The position numbers and the translations under genes were made by a program. A stretch of DNA of 64,000 bases, from positions 462,701 to 526,700 of the forward strand of contig CAVVSH010000015.1 of NCBI GenBank assembly GCA_963750945.1, in the 5' to 3' direction. Of this stretch, positions 37,927-49,919 are shown one piece after another. The notes under the pieces were generated by a model. It made no database searches. It saw nothing but the letters and a program-made list of their open reading frames with translations, and had not been told where the DNA came from. The DNA is from an uncultured Actinomycetota bacterium (GTDB lineage Bacteria > Actinomycetota > UBA4738 > HRBIN12). Within the stretch, counting starts at the first letter, position 1. Every line of letters starts with the position of its first letter.

Positions 37927-39402
37927 CTAGGCCGACGACATCTCCGGGTGTTGCGGATCCGGGTGGACGGACGTGGGAACCGGGATCGTGACCGTGAACG
38001 TCGTCCCCTGATCCTTGACGCTGTCGACCTCCACCGCTCCACCGAATCGGCGCGTGAGCTCACGCACGAGGTGCAGGCCCAAACCCACTCCTCCGTGAGC
38101 TCGGGTCGACGACTGATCGATCTGGGTGAAGCGGTCGAAGATGCGAGGGAGGTCACCGGGCGCGATCCCGGCACCTTCGTCGCGCACCCGGATCGTCAGC
38201 GAGCCATCCGCGATCCGCGCATCGACGACGACGGGCGCACCCGGCGTCGAGTATTTGAGGGCGTTGTCCACGAGGTTGGCGACGATCTCATGGAGCGCCA
38301 CGGGGTCCAGCGCGAGCGTCGGCAGGTCGTGCTCGACCTGGAGGTGGATGCGATCGACCGATCCCGGGAATCCGCTCCGAACCTCGTCGAGTACCTCGGC
38401 CACGGATGTCGGTTCCTCGATGGTCTCGGGATCCCCGTGCTCGAGCTGCGCCTCTCGAAGGAGGTTTCCGACGAGTCGCTGGAGGTGAGCCGTCTGTCGT
38501 GCGATCGCCTCGACCGCAACCCTCGTCCCGGGATCCGTGGAGGGTGCCTGTTGCTTGAGGAGCTCTGCGAACCCGCGGATCGTCGTGAGCGGAGTACGGA
38601 GCTCGTGCGAGGCTGCCGCAGCGAAGTCGCTCTTCAACCGATCCAGCTCCCGGAGCTCGGCGACGGTCTCTTGTTCCCGTGCCAGGAGTACGCCGAGCTG
38701 ATCGGCCTGGGCGAGGAGCTGCGCGTTCTGGCGCCGGAGCGTCCTCGTCGTGCCAACCATCACCGGCACGAGCAAGACGAAGAGGGCGAGCAGCCCGATC
38801 CCCAGGGAGATCTTGAGCGTGTCGTTCAGCCGGCCGATCTCTCCCTGGATCGCGGAATAGTCCTGGTAGACCTCGATGACCGCATCCACCTCGTCGGACT
38901 CGGCGCTGCCAGACAGGTTGATGGGGACGTACGTCTCGAAGAGCTGATCCGCGAGCGCCCGTTCGCTCGCGTTCTCCGCCTCGCTCAGGTCGGAGATCTC
39001 ACTCGCCACCTCACCCTCGAACGCCTCGAGGAGATCTTCCTCCAGCTCCGGTTCCAGGCCCACCTGCTCCTGATCGTTGGAGAAGACGACCATCCCGTCG
39101 TGGTTCCAGATCTTGACCCGCTCGACACCGGCGTCTTCCATCGCGAACTCGTGGATGGCCTGGTCGAGCTCGCGGTAGCGGACCCCGATCACCGGGCCGG
39201 CGAGATCCTCCGGACCGAGCAACGGGGCGATCACGCTCTCGGCGATGAGCTCCGCCCGGACCTGGGCGGCCTCCTCGGAGCTGGCTCGGAGCTCCCCGGC
39301 GCGCAGTGTGGCGATCCCGACGCCGATCAGTCCGAAGACGATGAAGCTCGTGATGGCGAACTGCCAGACGATGGACGTGCCGCGGAGGCGCTCTGCGGGC
39401 AT
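37927..39402 (-). CDS. sensor histidine kinase (orphan)
   Basis: HisKA box SHELRTPLTTIRGF and HATPase N/G boxes. Two N-terminal TM segments. Confidence 0.85.
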   Translation of the reverse strand: MPAERLRGTSIVWQFAITSFIVFGLIGVGIATLRAGELRASSEEAAQVRAELIAESVIAPLLGPEDLAGPVIGVRYRELDQAIHEFAMEDAGVERVKIWNHDGMVVFSNDQEQVGLEPELEEDLLEAFEGEVASEISDLSEAENASERALADQLFETYVPINLSGSAESDEVDAVIEVYQDYSAIQGEIGRLNDTLKISLGIGLLALFVLLVPVMVGTTRTLRRQNAQLLAQADQLGVLLAREQETVAELRELDRLKSDFAAAASHELRTPLTTIRGFAELLKQQAPSTDPGTRVAVEAIARQTAHLQRLVGNLLREAQLEHGDPETIEEPTSVAEVLDEVRSGFPGSVDRIHLQVEHDLPTLALDPVALHEIVANLVDNALKYSTPGAPVVVDARIADGSLTIRVRDEGAGIAPGDLPRIFDRFTQIDQSSTRAHGGVGLGLHLVRELTRRFGGAVEVDSVKDQGTTFTVTIPVPTSVHPDPQHPEMSSA

Positions 39403-39473
39403 ACGAACCGTATCGGCGGGTCGGAGAACCGGGTAAAGGGACCTCCTCCGGGAAGAGGCGCTACCCTCATCTC

Positions 39474-40175
39474 GTGGCCTTTTCCAGCGCGCTGGTGCTC
39501 TTCGCCCACCCCGACGACGCCGAGTTCTTCTGCGGCGGCACGGTGGCCCGATGGGTTCGTGAGGGGTGTGAGGTGCACTACGTGTGCATCACCGACGGGT
39601 CCGCCGGCTCGAACGACCCGGGGACGACCCGGGAGGCGATGCGGGAGGTCCGGGAGCGGGAGATGCGAGCCGCGGCGGAGATCCTCGGCGTGGCGTCGGT
39701 GACCTTCCTCGGGGAGCTGGACGGCTTCCTCGAGGTGACGCCCGAGACGAGGCGGAAGGTGACGCGCGAGGTCCGGCGGATCCGGCCCGACGTGATCGTG
39801 GCACCCGACCCCTCACGCCTGTGGTACGGCAACGGCTACATCAACCACTCGGATCACAAGGCGGCGGGGACGCTGGCGCTCAGCGCCGTGATGCCGGACG
39901 CCCCGACACGGGTCATGTTCCAGGAGCTCGAGATAGAGGGGCTCGAGCCGTATGAGGTCCCGAACCTCTACCTGTCGATGGACGAGCCGGACACGTTCGT
40001 CGACATCACGGACACGCTCGATCTCAAGCTCAAGGCGTTGTTCGCACACGAGTCGCAACTCGGCCCGGAGGTCGCGGAGCGGGTCACCGAACGGGCGCGG
40101 GAGCTCGGCGAGCGAGCAGGGTGCGAGTTCGCGGAAGGCTTCAAGGCCTTCCGATTCTCAGACGACGAGGACTAG
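39474..40175 (+). CDS. PIG-L/LmbE family deacetylase (second copy)
   Basis: FAHPDDAEF and INHSDH motifs. GTG start. Confidence 0.8.
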   Translation: MAFSSALVLFAHPDDAEFFCGGTVARWVREGCEVHYVCITDGSAGSNDPGTTREAMREVREREMRAAAEILGVASVTFLGELDGFLEVTPETRRKVTREVRRIRPDVIVAPDPSRLWYGNGYINHSDHKAAGTLALSAVMPDAPTRVMFQELEIEGLEPYEVPNLYLSMDEPDTFVDITDTLDLKLKALFAHESQLGPEVAERVTERARELGERAGCEFAEGFKAFRFSDDED

Positions 40176-40688
40176 ATGGAAGACGAACGCAGCGAGCCCG
40201 ACCAGCCGTACGAGCTCACCGCCGAGGAGCGGCGGGACATCCAGGCCGACCTCGACGATCTGGCCTCGATGCGTTCGGTCTTCTCGACCCAGTCGGTGAA
40301 AGGCGTCGTGATCGCGTGCCAGGAGTGCGGCGCGAACCACTTCTACGAATGGGAGCTGCTCCGGGACAACCTCGAACACATGCTGCAGTCGGGTGAGCCT
40401 CGCATGCACGAGCCCGCCTTCGACATCGCAGAAGAGGAATACATCCAGTGGGACTACGGGAAGGGCTATGTGGATGCGCTCACCGACACGGGACTCGAGC
40501 CCGAACGAAGGATCGAGCTCACCCGCTGTCCCTGGTGCCAGTTCCCGTTCGCCGAGGACCACGCGTTCTGTCCGCGGTGCGGCCGCTCGATGGGTGCCGT
40601 TCGTCTCTATCAGGAGCTGATCGGCAAGGGGATGGACGAGCGCGACGTCAGGGCGCTGCTCGTCCGGGCAGGGTTCGAGCCCTTCTGA
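40176..40688 (+). CDS. conserved hypothetical zinc-ribbon protein
   Basis: Cysteine pairs CQECG..CPWCQ..CPRCG. ATG lies directly after the LmbE stop. Confidence 0.5.
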   Translation: MEDERSEPDQPYELTAEERRDIQADLDDLASMRSVFSTQSVKGVVIACQECGANHFYEWELLRDNLEHMLQSGEPRMHEPAFDIAEEEYIQWDYGKGYVDALTDTGLEPERRIELTRCPWCQFPFAEDHAFCPRCGRSMGAVRLYQELIGKGMDERDVRALLVRAGFEPF

Positions 40689-40691
40689 GGC

Positions 40692-43247
40692 TCAGCGCTT
40701 CTTCCTCACCTTGTCGAAGGCGGGTGGCTCGAGCACGCACTCCTCCGGCGTCTTGTCGGGTCGAAGACCGCGGAACGACGGCGCACGCATCTTCCCCGTG
40801 GACTTCGTGTATTCGAGGTACTCGACCTCGCAGACGAGTTCTGGCTCGACGAACGTGGCCCCTTTCAGCTTGCGGAGCGCGGGGTCGTCGATCGGCGGGT
40901 CGTCGCGCATCAGTGGCCTGAGCTGTTCCATGAGCTGCTCCAGCATCCTCTGTGTGAAGCCCGTCCCGATCTGACCGACCCATCGCAGCTCGCCACCGTC
41001 GATCGCTCCGACCAAGAGGGCACCGAAGCTCCCGGCCCGACCACCCTGGCCCGGGGTCCACCCGAGGACCACGCAGTCCTGGGTCGAGATCAGCTTGATC
41101 TTCCGCCAGTCGGCCGAGCGCTTCCCGGGGACGTACTTCGAACCCTTCCTCTTGGCGACCACGCCCTCGAGTCCCAATGCCCGAGCGCCGTCGACGAACG
41201 CCTTCCCGTTCTCCTCCTCGAAGCCCATGAGCTGGAGCCGATGGTCCTCTTCGACGATCAGCCGGAGGAGTTCCCGTCGTTCCTCGAGCGACAGGCCGGT
41301 CGTGTCACGGCCGTCCAGCCAGAGCAGGTCGAAGGCGACGAACGCGACCGGGATCTGCTTCGCGACCCGTTTGATCTCGCGTTCGTTCTGGAGGTTCATC
41401 CGCTGTTGCAGGGTCTCGAAGGAGGTCCGGCCTTCGGCGTCGACGGCGACGAGCTCACCGTCGAGCACGGCGTTCACCTGGTCGACGAGTTCGTGGATCA
41501 TGTGGACGTCCGGGTACTGGAACGTGACGTCGCGGCCCCTGCGAGTGCGGAACACCGTGCCGCCCGTCTCCATCTCCGCGAGCGCGCGGATCCCGTCCAG
41601 CTTGGGTTCGAACCACCACCTCGGATCGTCGAACGGCTCGCCACCGCCTTCCGCGAGCATCGGCTGGTAGCGGACCGGAGCTGCGGGCAGGGGCGCGTCC
41701 TGCGCGGAGGCGAGGAACGCCAGCCAGTCGGTCCTCGTCTTCACGAAGTGGAACTCGACGCCGGGGTAGCGACGGCCGTGGAGCTTGAAGCTCACCTTCA
41801 TGTCGGTCCACTCGATCGGCTCGTACCACCCGTCGTCGAAGATGCGCACCTCGCCGGCGCCGTAATGCCCTTCGGGGATCGTGCCTTCGAACGAGCCGTA
41901 CTCGAGAGGGTGGACCTCGGTCTGCACCGCGAGGCGCTTGTCCCCTTTCTCGATCGGGAGTCCTCGGGGGACGGCCCACGACCAGAGTCCTCCTTCGCGC
42001 TCGAGACGAACGTCGTAGTGGAGCCGGGTCGCCCGATGCTTCTGGATCACGAAGGAGTTCCCCGTCCCGGGTGTGTCGCCGGGGGCGGGCTCGGTCGTCC
42101 CCTTGTCGCCGAACTCGCGCCGCCGGACGTATTCGTAGAGGGCAGGGTCCTTCGACGCCGCGGCGATCTCGTCCTGGGTCTTCTCCTTCGTGGTCTTCGC
42201 GGCCGTTCGGGGGAGCGGCGTGCTCGGTCGGGGCTCGTCGTCCTCGTCCTTCACGCCCAGCGCCTCGAAGGCATTGGTGAGGTCCATCTCTTCGCTGCGG
42301 ACCCCTTCGAACAGGTCCCCGACCTTCGCGAACCGATCCCACACGTTGTCGATCCGAAAGTCCTGCGGCTCGAAGCCACCCTCGAATACCTCGTCCCACG
42401 TGAGCGGCGTCGACACGGGTGCGCGGGGCTCGGGACGGACGGAGTACGCCGCCGCGATGTTGGCCCCTTGCCGGTTCATGTTGTGGTCGATGAACACCTT
42501 GCCGGTGCGGTCCGCGATCTTCCACGCCATCGTGACGCGATCCGGGTCGGCTTTCGTGATCATCCGGCCGCATGCACCGACGAACGCCCGTACCTGTCCG
42601 TACGTGTAGACGCCGCGCTTCACGGGGACGTAGATCTGGAGTCCGGTCGCCCCCGAGGTCTTCGGGAAGGCCGACAGGCCCAGTTGGTCGAGCAAGACCT
42701 TGATGTGGCGAGCGACCGTGAGGACGTCCTCGTACGTGTACGGCTCGAACGGATCGAGATCGAAGAACAGGTAGTCGGGGTGCTCGACGTCGGCACACCG
42801 GGAATGCAGAGGGTGCATCTCGATGCAGCCGAGGTTGGCGACGTAGAGCAGGGTGGCCGTGTCGTCGACCATGAGGTAGTCGATCTCGCCCCGCTTCGAA
42901 TCGTCCGAGTGGACCTTGCAGCGATGGACCCAATCGGGTGTATGGGACGGCGCGGTCTTCTCGTAGAAGTGCGGTCCTTCCGCGCCATCGGGCATGCGTT
43001 TCATCGTCAGGGGCCGTCCGTGCAGATGGGAGCCGATCAGGTCGGCGGCGTTCCAGTAGTACGCGAGGAGATCGCCCTTCGTGTACCCCTCCTTCGGCCA
43101 GAAGACCTTGGACAGGTTGGACAGGCGGAGGTCGCGTCCGTCCGCCTCGACCCACCAGGCGTCTCCGTCCTTCCGAGCCTCGAGCGCTTTCGGGAGCTCG
43201 AGCGTGAAGGCGGGACCGGATGACGTAGCCCGTCGGCCTGGTGGCAT
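40692..43247 (-). CDS. ligD: multidomain NHEJ DNA ligase LigD (polymerase-phosphoesterase-ligase)
   Basis: Pol domain (KTSGATGLQIYVP), PE domain (FVIQKHRATRLHYDVRLE), ligase motif I (EPKLDGIRA) and OB domain. Confidence 0.9.
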   Translation of the reverse strand: MPPGRRATSSGPAFTLELPKALEARKDGDAWWVEADGRDLRLSNLSKVFWPKEGYTKGDLLAYYWNAADLIGSHLHGRPLTMKRMPDGAEGPHFYEKTAPSHTPDWVHRCKVHSDDSKRGEIDYLMVDDTATLLYVANLGCIEMHPLHSRCADVEHPDYLFFDLDPFEPYTYEDVLTVARHIKVLLDQLGLSAFPKTSGATGLQIYVPVKRGVYTYGQVRAFVGACGRMITKADPDRVTMAWKIADRTGKVFIDHNMNRQGANIAAAYSVRPEPRAPVSTPLTWDEVFEGGFEPQDFRIDNVWDRFAKVGDLFEGVRSEEMDLTNAFEALGVKDEDDEPRPSTPLPRTAAKTTKEKTQDEIAAASKDPALYEYVRRREFGDKGTTEPAPGDTPGTGNSFVIQKHRATRLHYDVRLEREGGLWSWAVPRGLPIEKGDKRLAVQTEVHPLEYGSFEGTIPEGHYGAGEVRIFDDGWYEPIEWTDMKVSFKLHGRRYPGVEFHFVKTRTDWLAFLASAQDAPLPAAPVRYQPMLAEGGGEPFDDPRWWFEPKLDGIRALAEMETGGTVFRTRRGRDVTFQYPDVHMIHELVDQVNAVLDGELVAVDAEGRTSFETLQQRMNLQNEREIKRVAKQIPVAFVAFDLLWLDGRDTTGLSLEERRELLRLIVEEDHRLQLMGFEEENGKAFVDGARALGLEGVVAKRKGSKYVPGKRSADWRKIKLISTQDCVVLGWTPGQGGRAGSFGALLVGAIDGGELRWVGQIGTGFTQRMLEQLMEQLRPLMRDDPPIDDPALRKLKGATFVEPELVCEVEYLEYTKSTGKMRAPSFRGLRPDKTPEECVLEPPAFDKVRKKR

Positions 43248-43375
43248 CGCTCCTCGATGCTACGCGCGAGGGCTGATCCTTCCGGCGGTGAGCCGGGCTC
43301 TGGAGTGTCCTCGGGGCGGACTAGGATAGGCGGACCCTCCTGAGCACGAGGGATCCGACGACCCTGGAGGACGAC

Positions 43376-44223
43376 ATGCCCAGAGCCATGTGGAAGGGAG
43401 CCATCTCCTTCGGCCTGGTGACGATCCCCGTGAGCGTCTACCCGGCCACCGAGGAGAAAACGCTCCGGTTCAACCAGCTGCACGACGATGACGGCGGGCG
43501 GGTCCGCATGAAGCGGGTGTGCTCGATCGACGGCGAAGAGGTCGGCTACGAGCACATCGTGAAGGGCTACGAGTACGAGAAGGACCGCTACGTGATTCTC
43601 ACCGACGAGGACTTCGAGGCGATCCCGGTCGAATCCTCGCGCGCGATCGACATCCAGCAGTTCGTCCAGCTCGATGAGATCGACCCGATGCAGTACAAGA
43701 AGTCCTACTACCTCGTGCCCGAGGAAACCGGCGCCAAGGCGTACGCGCTGCTGCGCGAAGCGCTCCTCCGCTCCGGCAAGGTCGGGATCGCCAAGGTCAG
43801 CTTCCGCGACAAGGAGCACCTCGCGGCGCTCCGCTTCCGCGACGAGGCGTTCGTCCTGGAGACGATGTACTGGCCGGATGAGATCAGGGAAGCGGACTTC
43901 GGCGGCGTCGACGTGTCGGCGAAGATCAGGCCCAACGAGCTCGAGATGGCCCAGACCCTCATCGAGAACCTCACGGCCGACTGGGATCCCGCGGAGTTCA
44001 AGGACGAGTACCGCGAGGCGATGCTGCGGATCGTCGAGGCCAAGATCAACGGCGAGGAGATCGAGATCGTCGAGCCGGAGCCGACCGCGAAGGTCGTCGA
44101 TCTCATGGAGGCCCTGAAGGCGTCGGTCGCCGCCGCCAAGAAGGAGCCGAAGGCCGAGCCGGCGCCCAAGAAGAAGCCGGCTGCCAAGAAGAAGCCCGCG
44201 CCACGGAAGAAGGCCGTCGGGGA

Positions 44224-44227
<4 letters not shown>
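43376..44227 (+). CDS. ku: Ku DNA end-binding protein
   Basis: MPRAMWKGAISFGLVTIPVSVYPAT N-terminus and Lys-rich C-tail. Divergent from ligD. Confidence 0.95.
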
Positions 44228-45508
<1,281 letters not shown>

Positions 45509-45515
45509 CGCTCGC

Positions 45516-47969
45516 GTGGGCGCCGCGCCCGACCCCGTCGCGAAGCTCCGGGCCGAGTACGAGGCCCTTGAGCGGGCGTACTCGCCGGGCCACCACGGCG
45601 TGTGGGCGGCGCGCCGGCGCGCGGAACTGGTCGACGCCACTCTCGATGACCTCTTCGAGCGCGCCGGCGCGCCGCCCGGAACGGCGGTCGCCGCGGTGGG
45701 GGGATACGGGCGAAGGCTGCTCCTGCCGCGCTCCGACATCGACCTCCTCATCCTTCACGACGGCTCCGACGCCGACGCCGACGCCGTCGCGGCGTTGGCC
45801 GACGCTCTGCTGTACCCGCTGTGGAACGCGGGGTTCCAGGTGGGCCACGCCGTTCGCACGCCCCTGGAGTGCGAGGAGGCGTGCGAACGGCTGGACGTCG
45901 GGGCGTCGATGCTCGACATCCGGTCTCTCGCCGGAGCCGAGGGTCTCGTGACGGATGCCGCTGCACGGGTCGAATCGTGGGCTCGGCGTGACCCGCGAGC
46001 GTTCGCGTCCGCGATCGGAGGCGACGCCGCAAGGCGGGCGGACCGCTTCGGGTCCGTCGCCCACCTGCTGGAGCCCGACCTGAAGGAAGGGTCCGGCGGG
46101 TGGCGCGACCTCCATTCGATCTGGCTGATCGAGAGCGCCGTCGGGACGGAGCTCCTCCGCGCCCGCGAGCGCGAAGCGCTCGCGGGCGCGGAGGAGTTCC
46201 TGGCCCGCGCCCGCAGCGCGCTGCACCTGGAGACGGGAAAGCCCGGGGACCGACTGATCCTGGATCACCAACCCGCGATCGCCCGTGCCATGGGATTCGA
46301 GGACGAACCGGATCTCATCTCGATCGACGGGCTGATGCGGGCCCTGTTCGAGCACGCGCGCCAGGTCGAGTTCCTCCTCCGCGCGATGATCGAGCGCATC
46401 CAGGGAGAGGGACGTCCGCTGCACTCCCCGCCCGGGTCTGCCGTCGAGATACTCGACGCGCTTGCGACGGAAGCGGAGGCGGGCCGAGAGCCATCGGCCG
46501 CGCTCCTCGACGCGATCGAGGAGATCGACATTCCCGAGGAGGTCGTCTGGGATGCGGACACGCGTAAGGCCTTCTCGCGCCTCGTCCGAACCGGCGACCA
46601 GGGCGCCGAGGCGCTCGAGATCCTCGACAGGCTCGCGCTCCTCGCCCGATTCATCCCCGAATGGACCGGCGTGCGGTGCCGTCCCCAGCGTGATCCCTAT
46701 CACCGGTTCACGGTGGACGCGCATCTGACGAGCACGCTCCGGGCGATGGCACGGAGCCTCGCGGGGGAGGGCGCCGCCGATGACCCGGTGCAGGCCGAAG
46801 CGGTGAAGCAGATCTCCGATCCCGATCCGGTCCTCCTCGGTGCGCTCCTTCACGACATCGGGAAGAACGGGGAGGGTGGCCACGTGCCCGTCGGCGCCCG
46901 TGTCGTCGGTTCCATCCTGGATCGGATGGGCGTCGAACCGAACGTCCGCGACCTGGTGCGCTTCATGGTCGCCCAGCATCTGCTCCTGCCCGACACCGCG
47001 ACACGTCGGGATCTTTCCGACGAGAACATGATCCTCGACGTGGCCGCGGCGGTCGGATCCTCCGAGCGACTGGCGGCGCTGTATCTGCTCGCCAAGGCCG
47101 ATGCGGAGGCGACCGGCCCCGCCGCCTGGACCCCTTGGCGGCGCACCCTGATCCGGGAGCTGGTGGCGAAGGTCCAGCACGTCCTCGATCGTGGCGAGAT
47201 GGGCATCGAGCTCGCGGAGGAGCTCACCGATCGGGTGGACCGGATCCGCGACCTCCTCGGCGGAGAGTCCGATCCGGACGTCGACCGGTTCCTCCGGCGC
47301 ATGCCCCGCTCGTACTTCCTGAACGTCGAGCCCGTGCGCGCGGCCAAGCACTTCGCGACGATCGCCCCGTCCACCGGCGTCAAGGAGGTCCGTGCGGTCC
47401 ATCTCGAGGGGATCCGTGCCGGCACGTACGAGCTGCTGGTCGTGGCGCGGGACCGATCCGGGCTCTTGTCGTGGATCGCGGGCTCGCTGGCGCTGGCCGG
47501 CATGTCCATCCTCACCGCGCAGGTCTTCACGACGGAGGACGGTGTTGCCGCCGACCTCTTCGAGGTCGAGGGCGTCTGGGAGCAGTCGGTGCCCGACCGG
47601 AGGTGGCGCGAGTTCCGCGGGATGCTTCGCCGCGCGGTGGACGGCTCGATCTCCCTCGAACGGCGGGTGGACGAGAAGCGCCGCTGGTACCCGGCGCCCA
47701 AGGTGCCGGTGCCGGTGACGGTCGAGGTCGACAACACGGCGTCGGACTTCGCCACCGTGATCGAGGTGGGTGCGTCCGACCGGTTGGGCCTCCTCTACGA
47801 CATCACGAGGACGTTTGCCGAACTCGGACTCGACGTCCACCTCGCGAAGGTGGCGACGTACGAGGGCCGGGTCGTGGACTCCTTCTATGTCCGGGACGCC
47901 GTGGGTCGGAAGCTCACCGACGATCCCGAGGAGATCGATCGCGCGCTACGGGTCCGGCTGGAGGCCTAG
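45516..47969 (+). CDS. glnD: [protein-PII] uridylyltransferase/uridylyl-removing enzyme
   Basis: Nucleotidyltransferase GYGRRLLLPRSDIDLLILHD, HD domain, two C-terminal ACT domains. Confidence 0.85.
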   Translation: MGAAPDPVAKLRAEYEALERAYSPGHHGVWAARRRAELVDATLDDLFERAGAPPGTAVAAVGGYGRRLLLPRSDIDLLILHDGSDADADAVAALADALLYPLWNAGFQVGHAVRTPLECEEACERLDVGASMLDIRSLAGAEGLVTDAAARVESWARRDPRAFASAIGGDAARRADRFGSVAHLLEPDLKEGSGGWRDLHSIWLIESAVGTELLRAREREALAGAEEFLARARSALHLETGKPGDRLILDHQPAIARAMGFEDEPDLISIDGLMRALFEHARQVEFLLRAMIERIQGEGRPLHSPPGSAVEILDALATEAEAGREPSAALLDAIEEIDIPEEVVWDADTRKAFSRLVRTGDQGAEALEILDRLALLARFIPEWTGVRCRPQRDPYHRFTVDAHLTSTLRAMARSLAGEGAADDPVQAEAVKQISDPDPVLLGALLHDIGKNGEGGHVPVGARVVGSILDRMGVEPNVRDLVRFMVAQHLLLPDTATRRDLSDENMILDVAAAVGSSERLAALYLLAKADAEATGPAAWTPWRRTLIRELVAKVQHVLDRGEMGIELAEELTDRVDRIRDLLGGESDPDVDRFLRRMPRSYFLNVEPVRAAKHFATIAPSTGVKEVRAVHLEGIRAGTYELLVVARDRSGLLSWIAGSLALAGMSILTAQVFTTEDGVAADLFEVEGVWEQSVPDRRWREFRGMLRRAVDGSISLERRVDEKRRWYPAPKVPVPVTVEVDNTASDFATVIEVGASDRLGLLYDITRTFAELGLDVHLAKVATYEGRVVDSFYVRDAVGRKLTDDPEEIDRALRVRLEA

Positions 47970-48722
47970 CGAAGACGAGGACGGCTCAGTCGACGCCTGG
48001 CCCCCCACCCGATCGTCCAGCGTCGCCCGCAGCCGTTTCGCCATCTTCGGACCCGCGCCGTCCTCCTCGTGCTTGAAATAGCAGAACACGTCGGCACCGG
48101 AGGCGAGTGCGGGCGCGATGCGATCGGCCCATGCACGGAGCTCCTCGTCGGAGTACTCGGTCTTCCGCAGGCGCAGGTACCCGATCGGCTCCCACGAGAG
48201 GTCGTCGGGTCCGGGGTCCTTCTCGTCGGTCTCGGCGACGCACCACGCCACCCCCTGGGACAGCAACAGGTCCTTCGCCTCGACCCACGAGGAGTGACGG
48301 AACTCCATCGCGAACCGGCCACCCGGCGGGAGGTAGCCGACGAAGGCTTCGATCAGCGCCTGGTCGTAGTGCAGCGACGGCGGGCACTGGAACAGGACGC
48401 ACCCGAGCTTGTCCCCGAGGAGCCTCGCGAGCTCGAGGAACGTCCGAACGTCTCCATCGGTGTCGGCGAGTCGCTTGAAGTGCGTGATCCGCTGGTTCGC
48501 CTTGAGGGTGAACGTGAAGCCGTCCGCCGCCTGCTCGCGCCAAGCGGTGAGCGACTTCTCGGAGGGGAAGCGACGGAAGGTGTAATTGATCTCGACCGAC
48601 GACAGCTGCTGCGAGTAGTACGTGAGCATCTCGCGGTTCTTCAGCCCCTCGGGATAGAAGACGCCGTGTTTCCAGCCGTCGAAGGAGAAGCCCGAGGTGC
48701 CCAGGTGGAGGGAGCCGGCCAT
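47946..48722 (-). CDS. DUF72-family protein
   Basis: LHLGTSGFSFDGWKHGVFYP start typical of DUF72. ATG at 48722 preferred. Confidence 0.7.
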   Translation of the reverse strand: MAGSLHLGTSGFSFDGWKHGVFYPEGLKNREMLTYYSQQLSSVEINYTFRRFPSEKSLTAWREQAADGFTFTLKANQRITHFKRLADTDGDVRTFLELARLLGDKLGCVLFQCPPSLHYDQALIEAFVGYLPPGGRFAMEFRHSSWVEAKDLLLSQGVAWCVAETDEKDPGPDDLSWEPIGYLRLRKTEYSDEELRAWADRIAPALASGADVFCYFKHEEDGAGPKMAKRLRATLDDRVGGQASTEPSSSSLGLQPDP

Positions 48723-48742
48723 CGCGTGCATCATGGCACGCG

Positions 48743-49411
48743 ATGGCTGATCCGGAAGAGTCGCTGCGTATCGACACCGTGAAGGGACCGGTGTCGGCGA
48801 AGTACGCCCGGCCGAAGTCGCCGTTCGCGACCATCGTGGTCGCGCACGGCGCCGGCGCGGGGATGGACCACCCCTTCCTCGTCGGGTTCACGACCGCATG
48901 TCTGGACGAAGGGCTCGCGACGCTCAGGTTCAACTTCCCGTACATCGAGAGCGGACGTCGCTCGCCGGACCCCGAGGCCGTCCTCCGTGATGCATGGCGT
49001 GCGGCCTTCGAGGCCGCCTGGGCCCGGCGGAAGAAGGAGCCCGTCTGGGTGAGCGGGAAGTCGCTCGGCGGCAGGATCGCCTCGATGTGTGCGGCCGACG
49101 CCGAGATCCGCCCCGCCGGCCTCGTCTTCCTCGGCTATCCCCTGCACCCGCCCGGCAAGCCGGAACGGGTCCGCGACGAGCACCTGTACCGCATCGAGGT
49201 CCCGATGCTCTTCCTCCAGGGAACCTCGGACCCCTTCGCCTCCCCGGACCTCCTGCGCCGGGTCGTGAAGAAGCTCGGCGACCGCGCAACGCTCGTTCCC
49301 TTCGAGGGCGGAGGACACTCCTTCGAGGTGCGCGGCCGCAAGCGGGACCCCCGGGAGATCGGGGCGTCACTGGCTTCCCACGCCGCGGCGTTCATACGGG
49401 AACACACCTGA
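48743..49411 (+). CDS. alpha/beta hydrolase (dienelactone hydrolase-like)
   Basis: GKSLGG nucleophile elbow, VAHGAGAG. Confidence 0.6.
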   Translation: MADPEESLRIDTVKGPVSAKYARPKSPFATIVVAHGAGAGMDHPFLVGFTTACLDEGLATLRFNFPYIESGRRSPDPEAVLRDAWRAAFEAAWARRKKEPVWVSGKSLGGRIASMCAADAEIRPAGLVFLGYPLHPPGKPERVRDEHLYRIEVPMLFLQGTSDPFASPDLLRRVVKKLGDRATLVPFEGGGHSFEVRGRKRDPREIGASLASHAAAFIREHT

Positions 49412-49698
49412 TGCCTCGCAAGAACCGCCGGAACCCCGAGTTCTTCCAGCCGCAGGAGGCGCCCCGGCCACGGTCCGCCGCGCCCGAGTGGGCGGAGATC
49501 TCCGGCTACGACGTCCGGCACGTCGGCGGCGAGAAGGAGTACCGATGTCCCGGCTGCGATCACGTCGTGCGAGCCGGCATCTGGCACCTCGTCGTGATCC
49601 CCGCGGACGCGCCCGAGGAGCGCCGCCACTGGCACACGGAATGCTGGCGGAAGGAGCTCCGGAGGATCGGGGCGTATCGCCCGCAGCCTCCCCAGTGA
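49411..49698 (+). CDS. small zinc-ribbon-like protein (95 aa), unknown function
   Basis: YRCPGCDHVV...HWHTECW. TGATG coupling to the hydrolase. Confidence 0.4.
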   Translation: MPRKNRRNPEFFQPQEAPRPRSAAPEWAEISGYDVRHVGGEKEYRCPGCDHVVRAGIWHLVVIPADAPEERRHWHTECWRKELRRIGAYRPQPPQ

Positions 49699-49877
49699 TG
49701 TCGGTGCGCGGGATTAAGGTGTCGGAGATGGAGGCACCCGCGAGCACCGAGCGCTGCCCGCCGATCGTCGAGTCGAAGAGGCTGCCATGCGACGCATGCG
49801 GTGCCCCGATGGAGCCGGAGCACGCGCATTACCGCTGCGTGGCCTGCGGTTACATCCTTCCCTGCTGCGGCTGGTAG
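49698..49877 (+). CDS. small Cys-rich protein (59 aa), unknown function
   Basis: CDACG..RCVACGYILPCCGW. Start overlaps the previous stop (GTGATG). Confidence 0.3.
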   Translation: MSVRGIKVSEMEAPASTERCPPIVESKRLPCDACGAPMEPEHAHYRCVACGYILPCCGW

Positions 49878-49919
49878 ATCATCGAGCGGACGGCGTCATA
49901 CAGCGCTAGCATCCGGGCG

